The translations under genes were made by a program, and so were the position numbers. From Macrostomum lignano (taxonomy: Eukaryota), in contig NIVC01000102.1 in NCBI GenBank assembly GCA_002269645.1, positions 763,950 through 827,949 of the forward strand: a stretch of 64,000 nucleotides of DNA. Direction: 5' to 3'. A model generated the notes under the pieces. It had not been told where the DNA came from. It did no database searches and saw only the letters and a list, made by a program, of their open reading frames with translations. Positions 40,924 to 53,846 of the stretch are shown here, in pieces (the stretch's first letter is position 1; each line of letters starts with the position of its first letter).

Positions 40924-43900
40924 ATGACCAATCCAGCTGTTGACCTTCACAAAGCAGCAATGGACCCTGAAAACGGTCCAAAACATTTTATTGACGCAGT
41001 CAGCTCACTCGGAGCTGCAGTACTGCTCAAAGCAAACAGTAATGGAGCCACACCACTGCAGCTCTCTGCTATGACCTTCTCTCGTAAGGATTGGAAGGCT
41101 AGCGGAGTTCACATAGTGAGAGCTTCGAACTTGTCAACGCGCGATTTTTATGACAATACAGCCGCCCACTATGCTGCTCGAAATCGTACAAATGACGATG
41201 TTATTCTTGAAGTAGTTGCCATGACAAATTCCTCGGCCTGCCTGACGCATGCGAATGACAGGAGTGAGACACCATTGCAGTTGGCACTGGAGCACTGCAG
41301 ATTAGAAACCGCTGAGCAGTTACTGAGCGGTGTAGAACTTTCTTGCCTGAGTCACAAGGACGTAGATGGCAACACAGCCGCCCACAGCGCAGCTAAAAAT
41401 CCAAATGCCTTTGGGGCTTTCTGCGAAAAAGTTCTGAATTCAATCAAATCCAACTCAGTACCCGCGTGCCTCGTCGATAAAAACAATTTATTGCAGACTC
41501 CGTTGCACATTGCCATGGAAAAGTGCACCGCCAAAACTCTGCGGCCACTTATCCAAGAATTTAATTCAAAAAATTGGCTTCGTGCTCTTCTTGAACCTGG
41601 AGATTCTAACGGTAACACCTGTCTCCATGTGGCAGCTTTAGGCAAAGAGAAAGGCTCAATTCTCGAGGACGCTGTGAAGCTGCTCGGAAATAAATGCTTG
41701 GCTTGGAAAAACAAAAGCCAACAAACTGTGCTACACTATGCCATGTATAACTGCACTCCTGACACGGGCAAAGTTCTAATCGAAGCGGTTGACAATGCCG
41801 TTATCGAGATGAAAGACAGCAACGGTGACATGTGTCTGCATGTGGTAGCTAGGAGCAACAAAGATAGGGAAAGTACAGACGCAGTGCTAAAGGCTGCGAT
41901 CCAAAAGCAAAATGATGGGGCAATTGTTTTCCGGCTGAATGAAAGATGGCAATCGCCTTTCCGTCTGGCTCTTGATGTCTTCGGTTCCAATGTGCCAAAG
42001 CAAGCTCCAACGAGAGAAAAGTACCAACTTGACACCTTTAAAAACACCATGCTGCATTATTTATTCAAGTGCTATCGAACCGAGGTGAAAGCTGACGACT
42101 TATCCAAAAAAGTGACGGATTTCTTTCTAAAATTTGATGAGATTCGCAAACACGTCGATCTCAAAGCGGAAAACAAGCTGGGCCAAAATTGTCTCCACGC
42201 GGCAGAGCTGCATCCTACTATGCTGCGCGAAGTTCTCCATGAGGCAGCTAAGACACACAGCTACAAAGAACATTTCGTTAAATTGCTTTACAGCTCAAAC
42301 AGTTTGCATGTCGTGCACACATTTGCTAGTAGGTACGATTTGAAGCAAATTATCCAACCCCTGGCAGAATTGTCTGATAAGAAGGATGCAGAGCTGCTGA
42401 AACTGACGGTGCCAAAAGGCTCCAACAAGAACGCAACCTGCCTCCATTTCGCCTGCGAAGGAGGCCAAACGGCCAACATTAGGTATCTGCTATCAAACGG
42501 CCTCAGGCTTCAAAAGTTTACGGAGGCCGGTATGTCTTGCATCGACTTCGCGATCGATCGTGGAACTCTGGAGACAACTGAAAAGGCAGTAAAAAACTTC
42601 TACGAGGAACTCTCCAAAAAACAAACAGAAACAAGTGAGAACAATGGAGCGCAAGACTCTGATGCACTCCTGACAGCGGTGGAATCCCCAGATGCAGAAA
42701 TTCTGCTGCTGATTGACCCAGCTCGCCGATCGATAAAGCTTCCTGACCGACGAACGGCTCAAAGGTTGCTGACTTCGGTCGCCGATCATAACAAGGATTT
42801 CTCCGCTCCGCAGCCAAAATCAGAGACGCTCTGGCGCCGTAAGCGTGACAGCGAGATTCTCTTCAAGATCATCGAGTTGGACTCGGTCAAAATTTTGCGC
42901 AGTGCCCTGCGAATCGATATCATCACGTCAAATATTGGAGCAGCAATGTTTGAATATCTCATTGAGAAGATTCAAGAACCAAGCGCCGCCAAGCACTTCC
43001 CTCGGCAGCAGAAATTTTGCAGCCGTGAGCGGTTTGATTTGTCCTCTGAGCTGCTGATCATCGACATGGCTGCATTCTTCAAGAAGGACGAAATTCTTCC
43101 TGACCTGGTTCTCACTCGTCAGTTCGAGCTAATTCCTGCCAGCATCAGCTTGCTGGTTGAGCTGGGCCCGAAAATACTCAAGATGCGAGCCAAGGCGCGC
43201 GGCAAGCATGCAAAGTTGCAGCAGCTGCACGAGAAAATACTGAGCATCGCTGTGAACGCTCTCGACGAGTTGTTTGCTAGCGCAGACGCCGACGAAAGAA
43301 AGCTGCTTTTCGACTATATTCAAGGCCGAATCGCTGACGAGAAGGGCGTCAAGGGTCCGTTGTTTCCTTTCAGAAATGAGAAAGGCGTGGTAAAACAGGG
43401 CACCATCATTGCCATGATAGAAATGGCCAATTGCAATGAGCTGTTTGCTACCGACTGTATCTTCAACCTGGCACAGAAAAACTTCGAGCAAGGACGCGAA
43501 CCCAGCTGCTGCGGAGAGGAGAGTCAGCAGCAACAGCCGCAGCATCAAAATTCCAATCCATCAGGACCAGAGGCGAGTAATTCTCGAAGTTTTCTGTACC
43601 GTTCGTTCTCTCCGCTATCAAAATTTTGGCTCCACTGCGCATCTTTCGGAGCGTTCACCTTGTTCTTTACTTGGTACGTTATCGACTTCAAGACAAGCTT
43701 CGAATCCGGCTGGTACTCCGACATTGTGATTGTCCTGTTCACCATCAGCTTCACTATGCAGGAGATTATCGACATGCGCAGGCGTAAGAGGATTCGCACT
43801 TACCTTATTGGCGAAGCACACATTTGCAGATGCCCGAACTATTGCGAAGAGGTGCTCAACTTTTTCGACTGCACTGTGATCTTGGCGATGATAGTTGGCC

Positions 43901-45247
43901 TGACTTGGAAGTGGGCTCTGCTGGCATTGCATCGACCTCTGCAAGAGGCCTACCCCTCCCAGATGGTCTTCACCATCGCCTTCGGACTGCTGATGTTTCG
44001 CTGGGTGCATTTCCTCAGCTACTCGGGAGTCATCGGGCCGATCGTATCAATGCTGTGGAGTCTGCTGTTTAACGATCTGGCCCCGTTTATGGCCATCATT
44101 TCTGTGTTTATTTACGCTTTTGGAGTGTTCTTCTTCAACCTGCTTTTCCCGGTGACCAGTACGGACACGACTTCGAAAAAATATAACAGCAGTTGGTACG
44201 GATGGGACGCGTTCACTCAAGTTATGACTTTGCCGTTTAACATTTTGTTTACGAATTTCGACAAAATCGACTTCAACCCGCCATCGCTGACCAACGTTAC
44301 CATCGGCAAGACTGCTCACGTGCAGGGCATCGGCGTGTTCGAGAATCTGATGCTGTTCCTATTCATGGGGCTCGTGAACATTGTTATGCTGAACCTGCTG
44401 ATTGCTCTGTTCAACCTTCGAGTCAGCCGCATGGCCAACGAAGCCTTGGGGATCTGGCGCAAGACCTACTTTTCTATGCTACGAGAGTACGAGAGCCTCA
44501 GTCCCGTGCCGCCTCCTCTGTCCTGCCTCTGCTACATCTATAAGATGCTCAGCGACTGCTTTTGCTGCCAAACCAAAATCAGCCCTCACGGAGCTGAAGA
44601 CGAGAACAACAATAAGGTGCGTGTATCTATCTACTACCACATCCCAGTTAACCCATTATAAACTTGTCACTTGTGTCGGTATTTATATTATTTTTTCACT
44701 GTCTCGTTACGACAATTTCCTTTTTTAGAAATGGTGGCTCACCCCTAAGAACTACCCAGAGCGCTACCTTAGGTTTCTCCGCTTTCAAGCCATGCAGTTC
44801 CGCCGGATCCGACCGAAACTGCTGACCGACCCCGACTGGAGCCGGAAGGAGCTGAAGTCGTTGGAGGAGGGCCTCGACAATAAGCTGGCCGACATCGCTT
44901 GCAGTGGTGACGGATCGAGCCGCAGACCGCCGCTAAACCGTCACGACGCCCAAGATGACATCAGGCCGGAAAGAAATCTGACAGCTCAATCTAGCCGGGA
45001 AGACCTGAGCGGTCGGCCTCAAGTGGAGAGACAGCAGTCTGACACCAACTCAAAGCTGGACATCATAAATGCGCAGATGAATTCCATGGAATCGAGCATA
45101 AAAGGCATACAAGACCAGATTAAAGGCATCACAGAGCTGCTTGAGAAGAAACAGAAGAAGAGACGCCGACGACAGAAGACGCAAACTACTGAGCACTCGG
45201 ATGCGGCTGTAGGGAACCGAGACGTCAGAGCGGCTGAAACTGACTGA
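40924..45247 (+). CDS. Ankyrin-repeat TRP-family cation channel, ~1403 aa; exons 40924-44616 and 44729-45247
   Basis: More than 10 ANK-like repeats (NGATPLQLSA, NTAAHYAA, QTPLHIAM, NTCLHVAA); six-TM module with NFFD (S3), GPIVSML, NDL..F and NIVMLNLLIALF (S6); TRP box-like GIWR..Y followed by PVPPPL; C-terminal coiled coil. Phase-0 intron AAG|GTGCGT...TTTTTTAG|AAA. Confidence 0.9.
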
Positions 45248-46202
45248 ATTTGATATACTGGGTGAATTTCACTGGATTTGAATTGGTTCTGAGTTTTAGA
45301 AACGAATTACGTTTTCAACTTTTAACTTTTATCGATTGGATTCAGGTTTAAGTTGATCAGAAAAGTTTTAGAATTGATTTGGGGTTTTGTTAAAGCTTTT
45401 TTGAAGCTTTACAACTACTTTAATAACTGGATACAAAGGTTAAGGTATATGCGATCAGGTATAACGGTTGGTAGATGAAATTTCTGATCTACATGTATTA
45501 CTACAAAAATTGGAAAATGCTTGCAACAAAACATTGTTGGCAACTTAAATCTGGCGGGGTGCTTTTACTATTTTTGTTTATTTTTCTTCTGAGTTTTTCT
45601 GAGTTTTTTTCTTAAACATGAGTTATTTATCTTAAATAGTTGTGCGATACTCAAGCAAAGAAAACATTTTTTCAGGCTGAATATAGTTTTAACCTTTTAA
45701 TTATGATGTTTTTAGTTTTATAGCTTACTTGAATTAACTTCAAAATTAGTTGATTAGATACGAGTATTTCATCTTATGATGCTAAAACTTTCGAATAGAA
45801 AAGCACCCTGTGATACTTTTTAGAGAATTTATTTTTATGCTATGATATTAAAAAAACATATTACTCTCGAGAAATAAACAACTCGAGTTTTTAGTATTAA
45901 AAACTCTTCATAGCTTCTGTTTAGCCTAATGTTTGTGTTTTATTGAACGTGTGTTGTATAATAAGCATGCAGTTTAGCTAGCAACTCTTAATCTTCTTCG
46001 TGTGTCCTGTTTCTGTCAAATATAACCTTTTTTCACTAGATTTTAAAGTTTAGCATGTTCGAATTAGTACTACTATGAGTAACTTAGACTGACTCATTTG
46101 GCGATTGTTGAAAAGTCGAACTTGCAACAAAAAAGAAAACCTACCAACCAAAAAAGCACAAGCAAGGTCATTGTCAGATTAAGTTCACTCTCAAGGACCA
46201 CT

Positions 46203-46812
46203 AAAGCTTTGAAGGCCACTTTTCGCCGAAAAATACATTACGGAGATAGGAAGTTTTCATTTTTTCAGCACAAAATTGTTATTGCTCTCAATAGGAGACA
46301 AACCAAATGTTCATCTTTTGATATGCTGTGCCTTTCTTATTGCTCTATTGATATTTATAAAGCGTTTCGTTCAGAAAATTAGGATTCGATGTTAATTTTT
46401 TATTCCACGTACATTTCCTGTACATCAATCAAAATCATAAAATACAAAAATCATAAAAAGCATGGCACAGCTCGAATCTTTGGTATATTATGAATCGATT
46501 TTATCATCTCTGTTACACATATTGTTACACAGTCAGCTTAGAATGACAAAAAAGGTTCATAAACCAATAAGCTGAGCCGCGCCATTTTAAGGGTTTCTAG
46601 GCACAGGACATATGCAATTGTACGTAGAATGAGAATAGAAATGAGAAAGCTGTATGGATATCAATGAGTTATAAGAAAGGCACAACATATCAAAATATGA
46701 ACACTGGATCTGCCTCCTATCAAAAGCAATAACAATTTTTGTGACGAAAAAATGAAAACTTCCTATCTCCATAGTGTCTCTTTCGGCGAAAAGTCGCTTT
46801 CAAAACTTTTTC
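46203..46812. mobile_element. Non-autonomous DNA element with ~150-bp terminal inverted repeats
   Basis: AAAGCTTTGAAGGCCACTTTTCGCCGAAA...GGAGATAGGAAGTTTTCATTTTT...GATATGCTGTGCCTTTCTTAT is mirrored at 46652-46812. Confidence 0.7.
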
Positions 46813-47120
46813 CGTAGATTTTGAATGTTGCGCCCTTCTACTTAAGAAGTGCGTGTTCACTCGTAGGTCAGTTTATCTAATGCCCTTGTGGTCGTCTCCG
46901 ACGCAGACGTCCAAAAAGCAAAAAAAAATCAAAGTCTCAAGTCATGCTAATTTTTTTAATGCTTGAAGTTCCCTATAGCTAACTACATGGATTAGAAAGT
47001 TTTTTTGATTTCCTTGTTTCCATTGTAGCTTTTAAATGTCACAAAAGTCTGCTTGCAGTTCCATAGTGCAGTTGCACTTGTGAGGTCGCCGCCGCGACCA
47101 CTCGCCAACACCAGTTCAGC

Positions 47121-47430
47121 TTACAGAGTGTAAGCCTCGATCTCACAAATGGTCAAGAAGTGGCTGAGCAGGTTCGTCACTCGAACTCGGCTGCCGAAGG
47201 CGTTGCAGCTGAAGTTGGCCACGGAGAACGGCTCCGTCAGGCTCACTTGGTTGCACTCGACGCCGTCCACCTGCAGCGAGAATTTTTTGAGTCTTTCAGC
47301 TAGCAGTCTGCCTGTTGTAGATGGTGACGTAAAAGACAAGCGACGGAGCGGCCAGCTGCCCCTCCCACCATTCGGACGGCTTGCGGCCAGTGTGGGTGCA
47401 GGACAAGTGCAAGTAGTTTTGGTTCTTGAG
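47121..47430 (-). pseudogene. F-type lectin (fucolectin) domain fragment with a frameshift
   Basis: One frame reads SCTHTGRKPSEWWEGQLAAPSLVFYVTIYNR; the next reads AERLKKFSLQV...CNAFGSRVRVTNLLSHFLTICEIEAY*. Together these match the FTLD consensus CTHT..WW.vdL..V.I.NR.DCC.ERL...GryV.....LtLCEVEV. Confidence 0.72.
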
Positions 47431-47629
47431 CGTTGCTTGAGAGTTGCCGAGCGATTTCTCTCGGATCTCACTTGCAAGTCATTATCTACACCGCGGGGGC
47501 ATATACATGTAATACAATAGATAGACATACAATGGATTTGAGCTGTGTAATAAATAGAGGTGGGAGTGACGGGCGAGTTAATTAAAGCTCCAACTCAGTT
47601 TTCATGTGCGCACTTCGTTTACTGTTGTA

Positions 47630-48960
47630 TGTCAAAATGGTCCGGCAGATGACAGATGCTGAGCGATGGCGGGCGGCTGTAGGCATGATCGAAGCCAGGA
47701 TGTCTATTGGAGCAGTGGCTCGCTAGTTCGGCCGAACCCATAAGACCATCCAGAAGTTGCTGATCATGATTAAGTCGAGAGAGACAGGCAGTGTGGCTCA
47801 CGCAAGTCGAGGCCAGCGTGGCCGCGTTCTCGCAGCACAACTGCTAGGGCGGATCGACGACTGCTGCGAACTGTCAGAGGACTCCCAACTCTCCCAGCCA
47901 CTCTGCTCCGTCTGATGTGGGGCGAGAGAAGCAGGCGAGGAAACATCCTGAGTGCTCAGACCACCCGACGGCGTCTCCGAGAAGCTGGGCTGCACTTCCG
48001 AAAGATGCGCATGCGACCGCGGCTAAGTCCTGCTCATTTTGCCTGTCGTGAGCAGTGGGCCATGCAGCGCATTCACTGGAGGCAGCAGCAGTGGCGGCGT
48101 GTCGTATTCACCGATGAGAGCCGGTTTCGCCTTTTCCGAGCTGACGGTCGCACTGTGTGTGGCGAGAACCACGACAAGAGATTTTTTTTATTTATTAGAG
48201 GCAGGGGGGTTGTGTGCACCCTGGCGCACTTTATGCGACATAGGCACACAACCGGCGAGAGGCATTACTGCCCATTCCGCCGACTCCCCTGAGCAGGCAT
48301 ACAAGCGCGCGGATACGTACGCAGGCACACACTCACACAGGAGTGTACAGCGGCCCTAACTTTATTTATGGTTAGGCATGTACACTTCACTGCGCCTTGG
48401 GGGGTTGGCTCTCAAGGCCGTTAATTGCACGAGCGGAGCCAAGCCGAGATTCCAATTCAGCCCCAAATTAATGTGACTGCACTTGGAATCGAGCCTGGGT
48501 CGCTGGCACACCAGAGCAGCTGCGCTACCGCTGGGCTACGGCCCCCTCCGTCACGACAGGAGATGGTGCAGAAGCATGTGCATTGTGCAATGTGCGGACA
48601 GTCAGTGTCTATCCATGTCTGGGCTGGAATCTCATTACACTCGAGGACGGAAGTTGTCTTTCTGGACACAAATGTAAACGCCGATTCCTACACTCATATC
48701 TTCTGCAGGCTCATTTTTTTGCCCCTTGCCAACGCAGCCTTTGGAGGCGTTGCAAACTGCACACCCTTCAGGATGACAATGCGCCGCCACATCGAGCTGC
48801 CGCTGTGACACAACTGAAGGAGCAGCTGCAGCTACGCACGCTTCGCTGGCCTTCCCGGTCCCCGGATATGAACCCGATCGAACATGTGTGGGACTTTCTG
48901 AAGCGCAAAATTCAGCGGGAGAATCCGCCAGAAAATGTCATGTGCAACTGCGCCAAGCCT
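47630..48960 (+). mobile_element. Degenerate Tc1-family (DD34E) transposase interrupted by a SINE
   Basis: TRRRLREAGL, WRRVVFTDESRF, HVWAGIS, LQDDNAPPH and WPSRSPDMNPIEHVW; stops and frameshifts present. Confidence 0.88.
48181..48551 (-). mobile_element. tRNA-derived SINE nested in the Tc1 relic
   Basis: Minus strand begins GGGCCGTAGCCCAGCGGTAGCG (A box) with GGCTCGATTCC (B box) and ends AATAAATAAAAAAA. Flanked by CACGACAAGAG (48170-48180) and CACGACAGGAG (48552-48562), a TSD with one mismatch. Confidence 0.75.
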
Positions 48961-51547
48961 AATTTAAACCATTTGACAGATGCCGCAACCCTTTTTTGTC
49001 TAGCATGCTATGCTTAGAAATTTTTTCATTGGTTCTTTTGTAACTCGCATAAGTATAGATGCATTATAATTAATTAGCTATCTATATCTATTAAGTTGTA
49101 TCTAAATTCCGTTCTATAATTTGTTATTATATACTTTTGCGCAAATTAAAAATTTATGCTGCATAACGACATTTCGAATATATATTTCTCTGCTTCTTGT
49201 ATTGGTGTCTTAACTCTTAACTCTTATTTATTGTTATTATTATCATCAGGTCTGTTGAACATAAAATGGTCATTACATTACATATATATTACTCTCTAGT
49301 CATAGTAATGTTAGTATATAATTGCAATCTCTAGAGCGTTATGGACAAGCAAGCAAGCAAACATACAAACAAATATTAGAGATTTAGTATATTTAAAAGA
49401 TGTGTGTTAATTATATAATTTCTGCTCACATAATTTTTGCAAAACATTCACTTGGAATTGGTCAAACAAAATCTACCATTTAAATTTGTGGCCACTTTTT
49501 AGATAATTTTGGTTCTGTATTCATTTCTAAAATGTTTATTATCTATTTTGACTTTTATTATGTTTAACTTTTACTTTGAAATTCCTTTCTCAATACAAAT
49601 TTCAAAAATTTGTCTATGCCTAGCAACCAATGTTATATCATAATATCAAATATCATTTATATCAAGGGCTAAGCCAGGCAGGCAATTGTCCCCTTGGCTT
49701 TAGGGCTTTAGTAGAAACCCAGGAATAGGGGCCTATTGCCAGGAGGGGTTAAGCAAGTTTTTTTATCTAAAATATAGGCTCCATAGTCAAATAGGTAGCC
49801 TTTTTGCTTGAAAATTCTAGTGTGCCTTAAATATGAGGGTCCCCCTTGCCCCCCTCCCCAATAGATATTGGCATTGCCATTTGCCAACAGATATTTTCTC
49901 TTTCAAATAGATAATTCAAACAAAAAATGAATTCCTAATCTGACACTATATTATATTCAGCTTTAAAATTTAATTGAGACAAAAATTTATGTCTTCAAGA
50001 AAAAGCATAATTAATACAGATATAAAGTATGTCAAAATGAATTTTATCATGCATTCTAACAAAAAATTCTCATGCCAAAGAACTTATAAAGTAATGGTAG
50101 TATTATTAATAATTTTTATGTCAGTTTCTGATGCATGTCTTAGCTTTGCAATGATATTTTAACATACCTTTTTGTTCTCTGTTGAAGATGATACTGCTGC
50201 TGCTGTTACTAAATAATATAAGGGGTCTAGGTTACTAACTTCTATTTTATCACTGATGCAAGAATTATTTTGGGAATTTTGTAGGATTTGGAGAAAAGAT
50301 TCAATTTCTACTACTAAAAGGAGTAAGCCTAAGGTTGCTCCTAGTTGCATAGTGTCCAAGTGGCAAGACACTGTCTATAATAATTAAACTAATCTAAGGG
50401 AGGGCTATGTGATCGATTGGAGTTGCCTGGGAAATAAGGCGCACTAGTGGAAAGTTTTAATAACTAGAGAATGCTGACATGGAAGGGATGCACTTTATAA
50501 GGAATTAGATAAGGGCAGGGTGCCTAATAGTTGAAAGTTAAGTGGTTAAGGAAGGCCTAATTATGACCAATTGGCAAAGGCCAGACAGGAAAGGCCTGAG
50601 ATAAAAGTTGACTCTTTTACCGATTTATTTGCTTGTATATATACTGATTTTAGTAAAAATGGCAGACAAATCTACTAGCATATAATTTGCATAACAAGTT
50701 TAATGAGTACTGTAACTAGGTTAAGGCATTAGAATAAGGCAACAATTACTACTACATCAACATGTTCAATACATGTTTGACTTTTGTATTTCTAGGCCAG
50801 GGTCTAGATCATGTAGTAGTGTATGCTGGAACAAGAATCCTAGCTCATCTGAATGTGTACCAATGTATAGGGCCTACCAAAAGCAAAAAATTGCTAAAAT
50901 GTAAACAAAAATTTCTCCTAAAAAGGTCATTTGGTTTTTTATAAGTAGAGTTTTCTATGAAAGGCTTTCATATAAAAAGTCTAAAATATTATAAATATTT
51001 TCATTTTACACAAACTTAAATGATACCTATAGAAAAAAATATATAAAATTGACACTCTTAGCAATAAGAATAATAAGAAGCAAAAAGTTTATGTCTGATT
51101 TTCTAGACTATACAAATTTTCCTTTACTTTATGTAAAAACATTAATTTATATTACAATTTTCATGCATGACATGAATTTATTCACCTAAATTTGTATGCA
51201 AAAAATTGCATGAATTTGTATGCCAAAATTTGTATGTGGAATTTTCTGGTGTACATGTAACCTTCTAGAGTCTAGTTTCTAGGGATATTTGCTTCCAAAG
51301 TATGCATTCTATGGGTTGTCTATATCTATTGCTGCATCTTTTGCTTGCATTTACTACAAGACACGCAATCAAACACATGATTAATTTGCATATTTCTCAA
51401 CATATTTTCTGAGCTTTTTGGGTTTAAAATGACACTTTAAGTACATTGAGTCACCTAGCTTTTGTGTTATTCCTAAACAATGTCTGTTTCTTGGCAAATT
51501 TGGTAGCAAAAATATATTGTTGATATAAGTTTATTCATACATGCGCT

Positions 51548-51693
51548 ACCTTGGGAATCACCCGGCTGTTTCTATTGGCAACACACACATGTAAGTCGCT
51601 ATTGACTGAGAGCAGTCATGTGACTACTATTCTGTCCAATAGCAACACACATGTGTGTGTTGCCAATAGAAATGGCCAAGTGAATCCCAAGGT
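51548..51693. other. 146-bp hairpin / short MITE-like palindrome
   Basis: ACCTTGGGAATCAC..TTTCTATTGGCAACACACACATGT is mirrored by ACATGTGTGTGTTGCCAATAGAAA..GTGAATCCCAAGGT, including a 24-bp perfect stem. Confidence 0.75.
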
Positions 51694-53846
51694 TGCACCC
51701 AAGCATGAGTTTATTGTAAAATGTTGCAAGCATTTTCTTGAAACAATTAATAATAACTTATTAGAAACAACTGTATTTGTGTAAATGTCTTATGCTATGT
51801 ATAGATAATTGCAGTTAGTATTGTAGTTGAGGGGAAAGGACAATAAAGCTAGGAAATTTTTGGAAATGTAAATATAAATTTAGTATAAACAAATATAACT
51901 GTTAGCTGTCCAAATTAATGTATTTGACATACACCTTGTTGCTCTAGTCTTGTTGTCAAGTCTAGCAAGACTTGTGAAACCAGAAGAGGCACAATGGGCA
52001 CTCAATCTGCAGATATAGCAATGTCCCATATATGCTTGTAGATACTTACATGAATTATCTCAATTCAAGGCATTAATTTTCATTGTAACTTACCCACTCA
52101 ATTGTACTCATAGAATAGGGGTTTTTCTAAATGGCAACTATAGCATGTGTTTTGGTTTTGATCTTTTGTCAAAATTAGTTATTGCTATCTTCATAATGCC
52201 TTGTGCAACAGATAGCTTTGGCTGCACATTAGGCATATTAAGTGCACCTACCAAGCAACAAATTTCTACCAAAGAGTAGAACAAAAATGCCACAGGAGTT
52301 GGAGTCTATTTGCTGCATGCAAATCCAAAAGGAAAGTGCAGAGCTTTCCCTCTAGGAGTTACCAATGAGTGGGCCAAAATATCTGTTGATAATGATATCT
52401 AACAATAGGAATAGTGCACTAAAACCATAAAATGAATTTTATGGATGCAAAGATTTGCATGGGGTTTAATAAAATAATTTTAGGCTTGGTATATTCCTTA
52501 CTTCCACTTTCTTGCTATTTCCTCAACTTTATTCTTTCTTCTTCTGCCAGTGCACTTCATTGAGTCCAATAAGTAGATTTTTTCTCATCAAAGAGGATTG
52601 CTACAAGCCAAAAATTGCTCAGCAACAACATTGGAATAAGAATTTTTGTTCTTTTCTAATTGTTGGATTGGATAGTGGTACGAACAAAATGGATTGTATT
52701 GTTTCTTAATAATTAATATGCAAGTATTTATATTTGCAATTGTACTTACACTTCTTTCTGTTGCGTAGTTCTGCAAAGCTTCTTTTGTTGGAAGCAGAAG
52801 ATTTGTTTGGGTTGTCAATGATTGCATAAAAGTCACTTGGCTTCATGACAACAGCATCTTTGATTTTGCTAGCCACTGTATAGTTTGCAGGATGGGATAG
52901 GGCCAAAATTGCCTATATCATTTCTCAATCCACAGTGAGAACAGCATTAAAAACACCTATTTAAGGATATATCTAACAGTTAAAAGATGGTCAGTCCACT
53001 TTAAATGACCAGCAGCCACATTCTCACTGCCCCCACAGAGCAAAAACTTGACTCCACTGACTTTCAAGGCTATGGAGAGAACTTATCTTTAAACCTTTAG
53101 CCAAAAGCAAGCACTTGGTATGGAATAAGCCAGCACTAGCACCATTAGATCTGATCTGCAGTTTTATTGGCTTTACCCATATATATTTCTATACTTTTCT
53201 GACAAATTCAAAGTTGAATTTTCTATCTGAAGTTGAATTTTGCAAAAAATGATTATGGAAAAAGGACACCACAGACATTTGAGGTTGTGTAACACTAGTG
53301 CTGACTTTCCTTCACATTTCCTGGTGTAACTCTTAAACAAAACCAGATAGAAAGAAAATTCAAATGACAAGTTTTTCATAGAAAGATTATCTTTAGTTTG
53401 ACATATAAAATGTAAAAATTGGTCAAGTTACTAAGGAGCTAGAGCAAAAATTCTGGGAACTTTTGGGACACCCCTTGTATTTTCAGTTTTAAGTTTAGTA
53501 TATAAACTACTTGGTTGGCAAACTCTGGCCTTATAATCCACATATAGCTTCCAAAGCCTCTCTCTATCTAGCATTCAAATCTTTAGAAAATTCATAATAG
53601 CAATTTTGGCCTAGGAGATATTCAAGTGTCTTTTTTAGAATTAGAGCCTCTTCTCTAATTAATAATTCTTTCTCTTTCCTTTTTTCTTTCTTTTCCCTCT
53701 TTTTCTGCTTCTTTTCTTCTCCTCTTTCTTTCTTCTTTTCCCTTTTTATTTTCTTCCTTCTTCTTTATAGTCTCCTCTCTCTCTTCAATTTTCTCTTATT
53801 CTCCTCTCCTTCTCTCCTTTGAATTATAGCCATGCACTGAATTTTC

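Noticed and set aside
49020-53840. Short ORFs in the AT-rich interval (for example 52706..52906)
   Set aside because: No recognisable domain or splice structure; possibly decayed transposon DNA but not supportable.
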